A stretch of 64,000 bases of DNA from Mobula birostris (Eukaryota). The stretch is taken from assembly GCF_030028105.1 (NCBI RefSeq), contig NC_092374.1:27041016-27105015 (forward strand), given 5' to 3'. The translations under genes were made by a program, and so were the position numbers. A model generated the notes under the pieces. It saw only the letters and a list, made by a program, of their open reading frames with translations. It searched no databases and had not been told where the DNA came from. Positions 12,541-24,342 of the stretch are shown in pieces (position 1 is the stretch's first letter; the number at the start of each line of letters is the position of its first letter).

Positions 12541-14629
12541 ATTTCACAATGAGCACCTGGAGGAAATACACTTGGTCATAAGGAGAACATACAAACTCCT
12601 TCCAGACTGCAGTGGGAAATGAACCCTCATATTCCAATCAGTGGTGCTGTCAGGCATTATCCTAACAACTGCGATGCCATGTTACCCTGGGCATCATTTT
12701 GACATTGGCATTAGAATAAAATGAGTTACAGTCAGATTAATCAGTTCAGTGAAAATGGGGGAAAACAATGACCTAAGACTGGAAGGAACAGGTCCTTGAA
12801 ACTAAGGGGAAACTTTGACAACTGAAATAAGGTAAAACACCACACCTTTGTCACAGAGACCATAGCACAAACTAAAAGATCAAAATTTACCATCTCAGTC
12901 TCAGAAACGTATCAGTGAAAGCACTGAATATGAAAATTAGGGAGCTTTTTGGTTTGAATGGACTTTTTACCTTCAGTTCTTATGTTTCATACTTTTTAAT
13001 AGGTCACCCTTTAACCTTAATAGAAAAAGTGTCTCACCATTCTAACCTCTACATCACTCCTTCAATTCTTTGTTAGGCTGCACTTGCTTTTCCTATGGAA
13101 ATGTCCCAGAAAAAAAGGAAAATATTAACTTTCCAAATGAGAATTTATTAACTGGAAGGCATTTTTCATTTCATTGTTCAAACTCAGATCAACCCCACCT
13201 GAGTTTGAATGTATTTTTTTTGCATAAGATACCAGCTTTCCTCCGAACTAGGTTGGGTTGAATTTGCAGTCATGGTGTTCCAGAAATGTGACCCATCACT
13301 ATCTCCTTTCTCCGGCTGTCTTTATGAAGCAGTCCACCACCATGCTGCAGGGTGACAAAATGGAATCCCGGCGAGGTTTGCTAGATCAGATTTTGACTGG
13401 CTGCTCCCGTGATAATGACACAAATGTCATTGATTGCTTACACAGAGAAAGACTTCATGCTTCCATTTGCCAAAATATGCATTGCTTTGCCATTTGCACA
13501 AGCGAGTGATTTAAGTGGCAATCAGGCTATTAACAGATTTCTATTCTCAATTTAATTCTAAAACGCCTGTGCTCAATTGAATCCATGCCTAAATTGACCA
13601 TTGGAATCCTACTTGCATTGTACATTCTCAGCTGAACCTTCATTAACCCTCTGAGATAGAGAATCCATAATAATTGCAGCCCTTTGTACAAAGAAGTAGT
13701 TCCTCTTCTCAGTTTTTTCCTGAGACTTTATCTTATCGAAGAAAAGAATTTCTCAGCAGTTGCTTTGTCAACCTTTCTCTAAATCTTGTATGTCTCATGT
13801 TGATTTGACATTTTCTTAATCACCGGTGAGTATGGGCAAGTGTTCTTCAGTTGCACTGTGTAAAGTCTTGAGCTAACACATTGGTTTAGCCCAACTTTAG
13901 TACAAGTTTTCATCGTGGTAATGGAGAACAGAAATCCATTAACAGCCTGATTGCCACTTAAATTGCTCGCTTGTGGACATGGCAAATCAATGCACATTTT
14001 GGCACTTAAGCAGGTGCCCTCTCCTAACCAGCCCTCTTCAGTGACCAGCCAAATGCTCATCTTATTTTCCATCAAGTGAATATCAACTTCCATCTTGAAG
14101 GAAACAGATCGACTGTTTCTGCCATCCTTGCAAGCATTGAATTCAAGATAGTAGCCACTCACAAGTTTCCCCTCACATTTGCCTTGTACCTTGTGCAGAG
14201 TATTTTCAATCTGTCTCTCCTGACCATTCTATCATTTTGCTAGTGGATAATGTCTGCACTTATTTATAAAAAAAGGAACTCGGAGATACAGGACTATTGC
14301 AGGAGAGTGATGCTGAGGCAAAAGATCAGTCTTGATCTCAATGAATAGCAATGCAGTCGTAAGGGGCCAAATAGCCTACTGCTGCTTTGACTTTTCATTC
14401 TCTTCTTTATGATCATCCTTTTTAGCCTGAATAAATCATTCATGATTTTCAAAGTTCAAAGTAAAGTTATTACCAAATTAATGTGTTATTTTCTTTCAAG
14501 CAGTCACTGTGGAACAAAGAAATACAATAGAATCAATAAAAAAACTTCACACAAGGACTGACAACAACCAATGTGGAAAAGAAGGCAAACTATGCAAATA
14601 AAAAACAAATAATAATAATAATAATATCT

Positions 14630-15265
14630 AATATTATTGATAAATGCAGAAAATGCCAAGAGAAACCAGAAACAATCTAACAAATTACAGGATCCTGCTG
14701 CAGTTTAACTCAATCTGATTACTTACACAGACACAATCAAGTGGCAAACATCATTCACCAAAATCTTACTATAAAATACAAACTCATAAAAGACACCATA
14801 CCTGACTATAAATATAAGCCTGATTCAGTTTTAGAGCCAGAGTCTTACAATTTGTATTACAACCAATCTATATACAGATAGGACAATCCATAATAACCAT
14901 CAGGATACAATATTACAGGATCAACAAGCAAGGCAGCTTACTTAATAGATATAGCCATTTCAAACACACATAATGTATAGAAATCAATAAGTGAAAAACA
15001 CCAGAAAAATGCTGAATTAAAAGAGAACTTTGAAAGACTATGGGGTATACATTGTCCCAGTAGTAACATCTATAACTGTGTCATTGCGAAGTCACTACAC
15101 AATAGCACTGAGCAATTCGGTCTGTACGGCAATATTTATGTAAAACTCCAGCAAGCCACAGCACTAAACACCACTAATATAGTCTGAAGGATACTAGCAA
15201 TTGGGAAATGAGCATGCTTGGCTATGTCGCTACCTCAGATTTTACCAGTCTGAGCTGAGAAAACA
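14630..15265 (+). mobile_element. R4/Dong-type non-LTR retrotransposon 3' fragment (zinc knuckle plus restriction-like endonuclease), inactivated
   Basis: Manual translation: DKCRKCQEKPETI*QITGSC..YLHRHNQVANIIH..KYKPDSVLE..TDRTIHNNHQDTIL..YLIDIAISN..EKHQKNAELK..RLW. Follows an (AAT)n run. Confidence 0.75.
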
Positions 15266-15288
15266 AACAAATAAGTAAATAAGTAATA

Positions 15289-15441
15289 CAGTCGTCCTTC
15301 ACTGATCTGACTACCTGTAATCCAGTTCCTTCGATAATCCGGCGCTGATTATGCTTAATGTGATCCTTCTGTAATTCGGCATTTTCACTAATCCGGCACT
15401 CCTCAGGTCCCAATTGTGCCGGATGAGTGATGGTCGACCTG
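15289..15441. mobile_element. Tigger/pogo-like MITE, copy 1
   Basis: TIRs cagtcgtccttcac / gtgatggtcgacctg, TA on both sides; second copy at 34371-34516. Confidence 0.8.
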
Positions 15442-16139
15442 TACTGAGAACATGAGTTGCAGAGTCCTTGAAAGTGAGTCTGTAGGTTGTGGAATCAGTT
15501 AAGTGTTGAGGTGAGTGAAGTTATCCATGCTGGTTCAGGAGCCTGACGGTTGAAGGGTAATAAATATTCCTGAACCTCATAGTCCAGGACCTAAACCTAT
15601 ACCTCCTACCCAATAGCAGCAGTGAGAAGAGAGTATGGCCTGGATGGTGAGGCTTCTTGATAATGGATGTTGCTCTCTGTAGCAGCTTTGTCTAATCTCT
15701 CAGTTTTCCTAGCTGCAAGTAAAACCAACCCACCCTTTCCAACTAAACCAATGGTTGAAATTCCTCATTCCCGGAACCATTTGAGTGATCTTTTCTCCAC
15801 CTTCTAGGACTTTAATATTCTTGCAACCGTAACAAAAAACAATTTCCCTCGGGATCAATGAAGTATGACAATGACTAAAGCATGGCAACCAAGATTGAAC
15901 ACAACATCCCAGATTCACTATTTTGTAGGGATGCTACGTACACTCCCTTGATTTGGACTCTACCCCCTGTTAATAAATCTTCGTCTTCCATATGCTGAAC
16001 TAACCACTCTAGCAAAACGTCCTTGCACTTTTAATTACATGCAAATGCTGTTAGTATGTGCATGTCCTTCACCACACTGGCTTTTCTTTCTAGCAGAATT
16101 TATCACTTTGAATATTGAAATTTCAAATGCCACTCTATT

Positions 16140-16650
16140 AAAATAGTGAGGTTGTGTTCATGAGTTTACAGACCATTCAGACATCTGATGTGGAAGGGAA
16201 ATAACTGATCCTAAACACTGAGTGCCTTCAGACTCCTGTACTTCATCCCTGATGACATTAATGAGAAGAGGGCATTTGGTGGTGAGGGTCCTTAATGATG
16301 GATGCCACTTTCCTGAGGCACCACCATTTGAAAATGTTGGTGTTGCTAGCTGAGCCTACAATGCTCTGCAACATTTTTCATTCCTGTGCATTGGAGCCTC
16401 CACACCAGAAGGTGATGCAAGATATAAAAATACTTGGCTGTACTTCTGCAGAAATGTGCTAGAGTATTTGGTGACATACCATATCTCCTCAAACCCGTAA
16501 CAATGTATTGCTACTGATGTGCGTAGTTCGTGATTGTATCATATGTGGGGATCTAAGAGATATTAATGTCCAGGAACTAGAAGCTGTTCACTTTTCCACT
16601 GCTGACCCCTCAGTCAGTACTGGAGTTTGTTCCCTCAACTTACCCGTTCT
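16140..16650 (-). mobile_element. Degraded Rex1/Babar-type LINE fragment
   Basis: Collinear with 230-960. Confidence 0.7.
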
Positions 16651-17499
16651 GATATTCCCATTCATTGGAAATATTCGGCCAGAAAGGGACGAATAGTAAC
16701 CACAATCCCAATCAGTTTAATAGTCTCAATAGGTGAACTGGAAAAAATAATTTTAATTAAGCTGCAGGTGTTGGAAATCTGAAACAAAAACAGAAAATGT
16801 TGGAATTACTCAGAGTGAAACCAGGCTGTTCATGTTGAGGATTAGCAGAAAGTTCCAGAACATCCTATCTCCTGGTTTCTTTTTGCAGTGGCATCCAAGC
16901 AGACATGATTGACAGTAAAGCATTGGAGTAATGGAATGGAATGGTCAGGAGCCTATCAGTCGGAAGCAACCTTGTATAAAATATTCAGACTTTAGTCAAA
17001 TGAAGTGCTCTTCTGTGGAATGTTCCCTACTCACATCATTATATAGTATGCTTCTTCAGCTGAACGCACACTTTGCATGTGTATCTTGAGACTGACTGGT
17101 GTCAGTCTGGCTGGCCAATTAAAAAATGCTCTAAGGTTAATGACTGGTTTGAAAGCTTTGGTGCTCTGCATTGGCTGTGAAAGTTTGTTGTTCTGTGGTG
17201 TGCAGAGTAGACATGAAAGAAGCTATTTCCCCAAGCTGAATATCATTGTGATAGAAAATTTAAATACTGCAGGAAAGCGTGCACTGAAGTGGCACGTGCG
17301 GTTGACTATTGTGAGTTTCTCAGTAGACAGCCTCATATACAGACTACCTCAGAGTCCTGCTTGTTCTCAGCTTGGTATACAACAAGAACAACTGCCCACA
17401 TTAAAGAAACAAGTAAGGGTCCAGTCCATCACGGGTAAAGCCCTCCCCACCATTGAGCACATCTTTACGAAATACTGTTATTGGCGATAGCTTCAGTTC

Positions 17500-17872
17500 C
17501 TGCACAGTGGCACAGCCAGTGAAGCTGCTGCCTCATAGCTCCAGTGTCCCAGGTTCGAGCTTGACCTGTCATGCCAGATGTGTGGAGTTTGCACGCTCTG
17601 CCTTTCACCACGCGGTTTTCCACCAGATGCCCCAGTTTACTCACACGTTCCAACACACGTGCCATCAGACTGATTCATTCATGCCGATACAATTGTATTT
17701 CTATGTTATATTGACTGTCCTGTTGTACATACTATTTATTATAAATTACTATAAATTGCAGATTGCACATAAAGACGGAGACTTAACGTATAGACTTTTA
17801 CTCCTCATGTATACGAAGGATGTAAGTAATAAAGTAAATTCAATTCAAGACGTACAATTTAGTTAGTGTTGG
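17500..17872 (+). mobile_element. tRNA-derived V-SINE/HE1-like SINE interrupted by a LINE tail (about 17652-17848)
   Basis: A/B-box-like head (gtggcacagccagt, ggttcgagc) and gtggagtttgcacg core. Related copies at about 23375-23660, 25880-26115, 36930-37230, 47270-47690, 51950-52230 and 55815-55930. Confidence 0.65.
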
Positions 17873-18261
17873 GTGGTAGGGTGGAGATACGTCTCTACCA
17901 AAGGAGGGGCAAGGCGCTCCTTCCCTCCACTAGCCTGCAGGTCACCCTTGCGCGAGGTGTAGCACCTGCTTAGCCCCCCTCACCCCCAATTAGGATCACA
18001 TGAAGCCATGGGAGCAGGTGGATGGTCGTATGAGCAGCCGGTGCATATCGCAAGTCCTGGTAACATGACCACTGATGTCAGACAGACAATATCTGAAGAG
18101 TATTGATAATGGCTGGGGTCACCTGTCTTGTAAAAACACTGCCCAGAAGAAGACGATGGCAAACCACCTCTGTAGAAAAAATTTGCCAAGAGCAGTCACG
18201 GTCAATGGACCGTGAATGCCTACGTCACGTGACACGGCACAGAATGGTGATGATGATGATG
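17873..18261 (+). mobile_element. SINE with RTE-like 3' end and (GAT)n tail, copy 2
   Basis: Collinear with 6133-6530. Confidence 0.7.
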
Positions 18262-19289
18262 AAATTGTAATCGGTTGGCGTTAGTTGTATCTGTGATGTA
18301 GATGAAAGGTAAAATCTGGGAAGTAGTTGATGGGAACGTGGGAAGAGTAGAACATGTCAATGATGAATAAGTGTAAAATGGGAGGGGAGTTGATTGTCAG
18401 AGATTGGAGAGGTTAGCTTTATTTGTCACATGTGCATCAAAACATCGAAAACATATATAGTGAAACGCACGATTTTCATCAAATCAACTAGGATTGTGCT
18501 GCAGCAGCCCACAAGTATCACCACGTTTCTGGTGCCACCACAGCATGTCAAAACTCACTAACCCTAAACTTACGTTTTTGGAATGTGGGAGGAAACAGGA
18601 GCAGCCAGAGGAAAGCCTCATGGTCGGCTAGAAAGTACAGAGTCCTTCCTGACAGCGGCAGAAATCAAACCCCGACAGGTGATCTCCGGTGTTGTAAAGT
18701 GATATGCTAACCACTATGCTGCTGTACTGGCCCACAGTAAAGTACCTGGAGGACTCAGCACATGATTCTGAATCTACCTTCCATTCCAGAGATGGCCAGT
18801 TTCATCTCCTGCAAAAATTGGGAAGATACAACTGCTCCTTTCCCCATGTGGGTAGCACTGACTTATGGCCATTCCCTGTAACTTTATTGAATGGAAATGA
18901 AATACTTGGGGCCGAGTGGCCTACTCCTGCTTCTGTTCCTTATGCTCTCAGAAGCAAATACGTTGGTGTCAGTCAGAATGTGTGAGTTGTCAGGAGAGTT
19001 GGCAGTCCATGCAAAACATTGAGATATAGGAATGTGTCGTGGAATGCATCTTTACAACAAAGAAACAAGGCCTTTGATCTACTTGCAGTGACAATTATCC
19101 AACCTACACTAATCATACTTCCCTGCATTAAGTCCACATCACACTATATCTTCCCGTTCAGACACCTATACAAATGTCTCTTGAATGTTATTATTGCTCC
19201 TTCCTCCGGCTTCTCCTGGAGGCTCATTCCAGAGACCAACTACATCTGTGTGAAAAACTTACCTCTTTATACTTCCTCTCTCTTATTAC

Positions 19290-19545
19290 TTGTTTAAGCT
19301 CATCACCCCTACTGGGGCATAGGCCACCAATAGCAGCTTGCCAGAGTCTTCTAATTTGGGCCAGTCTTTCAAGTTGTCCCCAGGTGTAGCCCATCTTCGA
19401 AGATCCTTCCTCTCCCAGGGATGAGGTCACTGGGGCGTTTCTTGATGTTCCTGCAGCTCTGGGTTTTGACGGGATGGCGTTTCTAGCCCCATGCCCAACC
19501 CTCCTCCTTTCACAGTTAGACTTGAGACAGTCCATGGCAGAGTTT
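19290..19545 (-). mobile_element. Bipartite non-autonomous RTE element (5' UTR fused to ORF end)
   Basis: Minus strand: aaaggaggagggttgggcatggggctag..cccgtcaaaa (RTE 5' UTR-like), then MGYTWGQLERLAQIRRLWQAAIGGLCP (RTE C-terminus-like). Confidence 0.65.
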
Positions 19546-19614
19546 TAAAGCTATGGCCTCCCCTTAATTTTACATACCTGTCATCACTTTGCCACCTCCA
19601 TTTCAAGGCAAACA

Positions 19615-20132
19615 GACTTGATGCAAATATCTAATCAGCTAATCATGTGGCAGCAACTCAATGTATAACAGCATACAGACATGGTCAAGAGGTTCAGTTC
19701 CTCAGACCAAACAGAAGTAATGTGATCTAAGAGGCTTTAACTTTGGTATGTTTGTTGGTGCCAGATGGGGTGATTTGAGTATTTCAGAAACTGCTGATTT
19801 CCTGGGATTTTCATGCACAACAGTTTCTAGAATTTGCAGAGAATGGTGCAGAAAGCAAAAGACACATCCTGTGAGCAGCAGTTCTGTGAGGAAAAATACC
19901 TTATTAATGAGAGAGGTTAGGGGAGAATATCCAGACTGTTTCAACCTGACAGGAAGGCAACAGTATCTCAAGTAATCACACTTTACAACAGTGGTACGCA
20001 GAAGCGCAACTTTGAACGCACAATACGTTGTATCTTGAAGTGGATGGGCTACAGCAGCAGAAGTCCACGAACATACACTCAGTGACCACTTCATTAGGTA
20101 AAGGAGGTAGCTAATAAATTGACCACTGAGTG
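19615..20132 (+). mobile_element. Non-autonomous Tc1-like transposon (transposase N-terminal HTH remnant)
   Basis: VGARWGDLSISETADFLGFSCTTVSRICREW; right end gaccactgagtg|TA. Confidence 0.8.
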
Positions 20133-21042
20133 TATATCCTGTTGTAACATTAGGCAATCTCCACTGTCCCAGCATCAACAAGCGTTAGTTGTATGTGTTG
20201 ACTGATAGAGATCGCTGTGAAATAAGTATTGAGAGTAAAGACACATGAACCTTGTGGTGCAGTTGATAAGTTGTCATTGAACATCCTGCACCATGTCTAG
20301 GTTCAACGAGCTAGACTCTTGGAATTATTCTCCATGGCTCTTTGGAGCAGGTGTTAAAGGGCCTTCATCTCCATTCTGTTACCTCCAGTCAGATCTCCAG
20401 TTGAGCTTGCAAAGACCTTGGAGCTGGTTTCGTGTCAGATTGTGTTAACTCTCACTGCCTGACATATTTGGTCTGTTTGTGACACCGCTGCTCTGACCAC
20501 TATGCAGCTTCTCTCCTTTAAGAGGTGCACGCAAACCCTTAGGGCAGCACAGTCTTGCTTTAGCTGGGGCTAGCAAGTTGTGTTATTGAGGCCCCCCTGC
20601 TGATACCTGGTGACGTGTAAATCCAATCAGCGGTGCGACTAGCACTGGCTGCGTGGAAAAGGCCTTTTAATGAGCAGGCCTGCAGAAAGTTGGCATGGCG
20701 CCGGCCTCACAATCAGTGGACGTGGGTCAGTCACGCATCAAGATTCCTGCACTCGGCAGTCCAATGCAGCCCCCACTGGTTCTATGTTGCTCTACTCTTT
20801 ATGCAATCCTGGGTGCAATTAAAATTCACATCAGTAGGAAAGAAAGCTAGAGACAGGTGAAAGGATTGTTAGAGTGATGGTATTCTAGTCTTCATGGTGC
20901 ACAGAATACCACAATGACCCCCAAATGTTCTTAGCAAAAGACACTTTCTTTTTGGAAACACTTACTCTTCCATAATTAAATGTCAGCCGGATGTCGAGGA
21001 TTCTGTGAGCTTGTATCACATGTTGATTCATCTTCCAGTGTG

Positions 21043-21185
21043 ACACATACAAAATGCTGAAGGAACTCAGCAGGTCAGGCAGCATCTATGGAAAAGGAAT
21101 AAACAGTCGGCGTTTCAGACTGAGACCCTTCATCAGGACTCCATGTGTTACTCTGGCTTTTTGCATCTGCAGAATCTCTTGTATT
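21043..21185. mobile_element. PLE terminal fragment with hammerhead motif (- strand, 21104-21140) and a short inverted end
   Basis: Reverse complement AGTC-CTGATGA-A-GGGTCTCAGTCT-GAAAC-GCC-GACTG; cleavage triplet mutated to GCC. Confidence 0.75.
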
Positions 21186-22146
21186 CATGTTCATTTTCTG
21201 GATCGCGGAGTGTAAAATCAGAATCAACAGTGGGTGACAAAATATGCACCCACACACTAGCAACGTGCAATGCCATGAGATCAGCTTCAAAATCAATGTC
21301 TCTCTCTCTCCATGGTTTCCTCCCACTTAAGTACTTGGCAATGATCCAGCACAGAGGAGATGGACCCTGTAAAGGAGTGCATTGTATGCAACCTGGCTTT
21401 TTACATTTATCATCATTGACTGAAACACTGCGGTACTCTCTACGGGAAGCACGTTTTGTTCTACATTCCCTTTGTCTGAGTGACATTCAGGTTATAACTG
21501 ACAACCATTCGGCATTTGTCGAATTTAGTAGATTACTAGAAATCACTGTTACATGACCTGTGTCAAAAGCTTTACCTAGTTATTCATTAACCTCTCTGGT
21601 TTAATACACAATAAATTCAGTCTCACTGTGGCGTGACTTTATGAATAATTTCTAAATGGTTCAGGGCACTAAATTTGATTGCGATGAAGCATTCTAATTG
21701 GTGGAGACAGTGGCAACTCAAAGGGCATGTTATTTTATTTACAGCCGATGAAGGGTTGCTGTGTTGTACAGGCCATCGGGCATTCCTGGCATACCACTTG
21801 TCTAATTTTTAACATTTATTGTAGATATTTATAACCGAGTGCAGATTCCAGCTCGCCAGGAATGCAGAAACAAATAATAATTCTCTGCAGAGCATGGTGC
21901 AGTAAAGAAAATATCGCCCTGTGAGAGTGGTTGAGGAATTGCATTAAAGGAGTGTTCTTGCAGAATTCTCCAGAATAACAGCCTTGCAGTGAGCACTCCT
22001 GTTCCTTTCGAGCTTTCTTTCCCTGTGAAGTTCATTTCCTGCTAAAGATCTCTAAAAAGACGCGGAGAGCAGGAAGGAAAACAAGGGAGCCCAAAGGATT
22101 GCATTGTCTGTAGCTTGTAGTGGAAAGTCTGCAGGTTTTGGCAAGT

Positions 22147-22362
22147 AACACACACAAAATGCTGGAGGAACTCAGCAGGTCAGGCAGCGTCTATGGAGAG
22201 GAATAAAGAGTCAATGTTTTGGACTGAGATCCTTCCACAGGATTTCAGCTCCAAACATCGACTCGTTATTCCTCTCCGTAGACACTGCCTGACCTGAGTC
22301 CCTTCAGCATTTTTAGTGTGTGGTACTCTGAATTTACAACATCTGCAGAATCTCTTGTGTTG
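22147..22362. mobile_element. Fold-back PLE terminal element
   Basis: About 85-bp imperfect inverted arms centred near 22237. Confidence 0.8.
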
Positions 22363-24098
22363 TCAGTTTTGACAATCAGAGGTTCACCACTTCACGAGAA
22401 CTCTGAAGTCATGTTAGTGGGATGATGGATTGTGGGGTTTGTTGGGATTAGGATATCAGTAAATAAGAGTACATCTGGAAGAAGGTATGTCCACATTGTT
22501 GAAAAATTCTCATGGGATACTTTAAAATTAGCTGCAGGAGACCTTTGAGATACTGTTTTGCTTGTTGCAAGTTCCACCATCCAATGAAGATTCCCTGTAA
22601 ATACTTGTTCCCATAGTATTTTGAATTTCAGAGACTAAATAAGAATCAAATTTGCAAAGGTCCAAAGAGGAAAGGTGTTAACCCAGCTGGTGAAAATGGT
22701 AGGCAGGCAGTCAGTGGAAATTTTTGGTGTTTCACAATTACGGATTTTTCAGGAGTAAAAAGGAGCCTGAAGTCTGAAATTAAATCAGAAAACGTTGGAA
22801 ACACTTAGCTACCGGTATTCGGGAAGTGCCTGGAGAAAGTGAAACAAAATTAATGCTTTGTATTGAAATAGGAGCAGTAACAGGCCGTATGACACCTCAT
22901 CGCGAGCAGAGCTTATCTTCTGCCTTTGGGTCATTTTCCAGCACTATTTCAATTTCCCTTAATACCTAAAAATCTCTCAGTCACTCTTTTGAATAAACAG
23001 AATTATAGAGCTTCTAAAACTCTCCAGGCCCTCTGTGTGAAATAACCTACCTCCTGAGGTAGGTTCTTTACACAGAGAGCGGTGCGTGCGTGAAACGCCC
23101 TGCTAGTAGTAGTGGTAGATGCGGATACAATAGGGTCATTTAAGAAACTCTTAGAGTAGGCACATGGATGATAGAAAAATGGAGGGCTGTGTAGAAGGGA
23201 AGGGTTATATTGATCTTAAACTAGGTTAAAAGGTCAGCACATCATTGTGGGCTGAAGGGCCTGTACTGTGCTGTAATGTCCTACGTTCTGTGTTCGAATA
23301 CAGCGATTTGGCCTGATTGTGCAGTTTTATATGAGCTACATTGATGCCTTGCAGCCTGCATCTCCTCACTATGTCGGGGTGGCAGAGAGAGAGTTGCTGC
23401 CTCTCAGCTCCTGTGAGCTGGGCTCAGGCCTGATCTGCAGAGTAGTTTGCATGTTCTTTGTGTGGCAGTTTCCTCTGGTTTCTTCTCCTGTTCCAGGGAC
23501 GTGTGGCTTGGTGGATTAACTACCTCCTGTAAGTTGCCTTAAAGTGTAGGTGAGTGGTAGAATCTGGGGCAAGTTGATGGGAGTAAAAATGAAATGGATG
23601 CTTGAAAGGCCTGCACAGAGTTGGTGGGCTGCAGTGCCTGTATCCATGCTATAGAACTCTCAGCACAGGTTCCTTTTCTTCTGTTTAATTTCCCTCAGTC
23701 GTTCATCATAGGCTCTTGATTAGTCAGGACATCAAAAGGTATTTGGAGAAGGCAGGGGAGTGGGGATGACTGGAAGAATTGGATCAGCCCATGATTGAAT
23801 GGTGGAGCAGAGTTGATGGGCCAAATGGCCTACTTCTGCTCCTGTACTTATGGTCTTATCAAAAGATAAACATTTAACGAAAAGGGAAATGGAATGACAT
23901 GTTGATCTACACATACTATCCGAAAATTGTGTGACCTTATGCTGTATGGTTTCACAGCTCTTGTTTTGCTCCTAAAATGAACAGGCACTTGGCATCGTCA
24001 TTCATAATTCCACATCCATGCAGTTAGTGAACTCCCTGTAAAGCTGTTGCAAATGTGAGAAGGAATAATGATTTGCAGTGCATAGACTTCTGTGATGT

Positions 24099-24295
24099 AA
24101 CACACATCAAAGTTGCTGGTGAAAGCAGCAGGCTAGGCAGCATCTATAGGAAGAGGTACAGTTGACATTTCGGGCCGAGATCCGAAACGTCGACTGTACC
24201 TCTTCCTATAGATGCTGCATGGCCTGCTGCATTCACTGGCAACTTTGATGTACGTTGCTTGAATTTCCAGCATCTGCAGAATTCCTCGTGTTTAT
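24099..24295. mobile_element. Fold-back PLE terminal element with 14-bp TSD
   Basis: Arms 24099-24173 and 24182-24256; TSD gacttctgtga(t/c)gt at 24085-98 and 24296-309. Confidence 0.85.
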
Positions 24296-24342
24296 GACTT
24301 CTGTGACGTGATTGTTTGTCTGGAGTCAGGGTAATATATTTA

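Larger units (their letters stand above)
14450..15680 (-). mobile_element. Rex1/Babar-type LINE 3' end hosting two nested insertions
   Basis: 14450-14625 plus 15442-15680 join up to match the uninterrupted copies at 4890-5385 and 61400-61905. Confidence 0.75.

Noticed and set aside
17500-17575. tRNA-like A/B boxes
   Set aside because: SINE heads followed by SINE body; no cloverleaf.
20590-20603. CTCF-like motif gcccccctgctga
   Set aside because: One extra C versus the core consensus; too weak alone.
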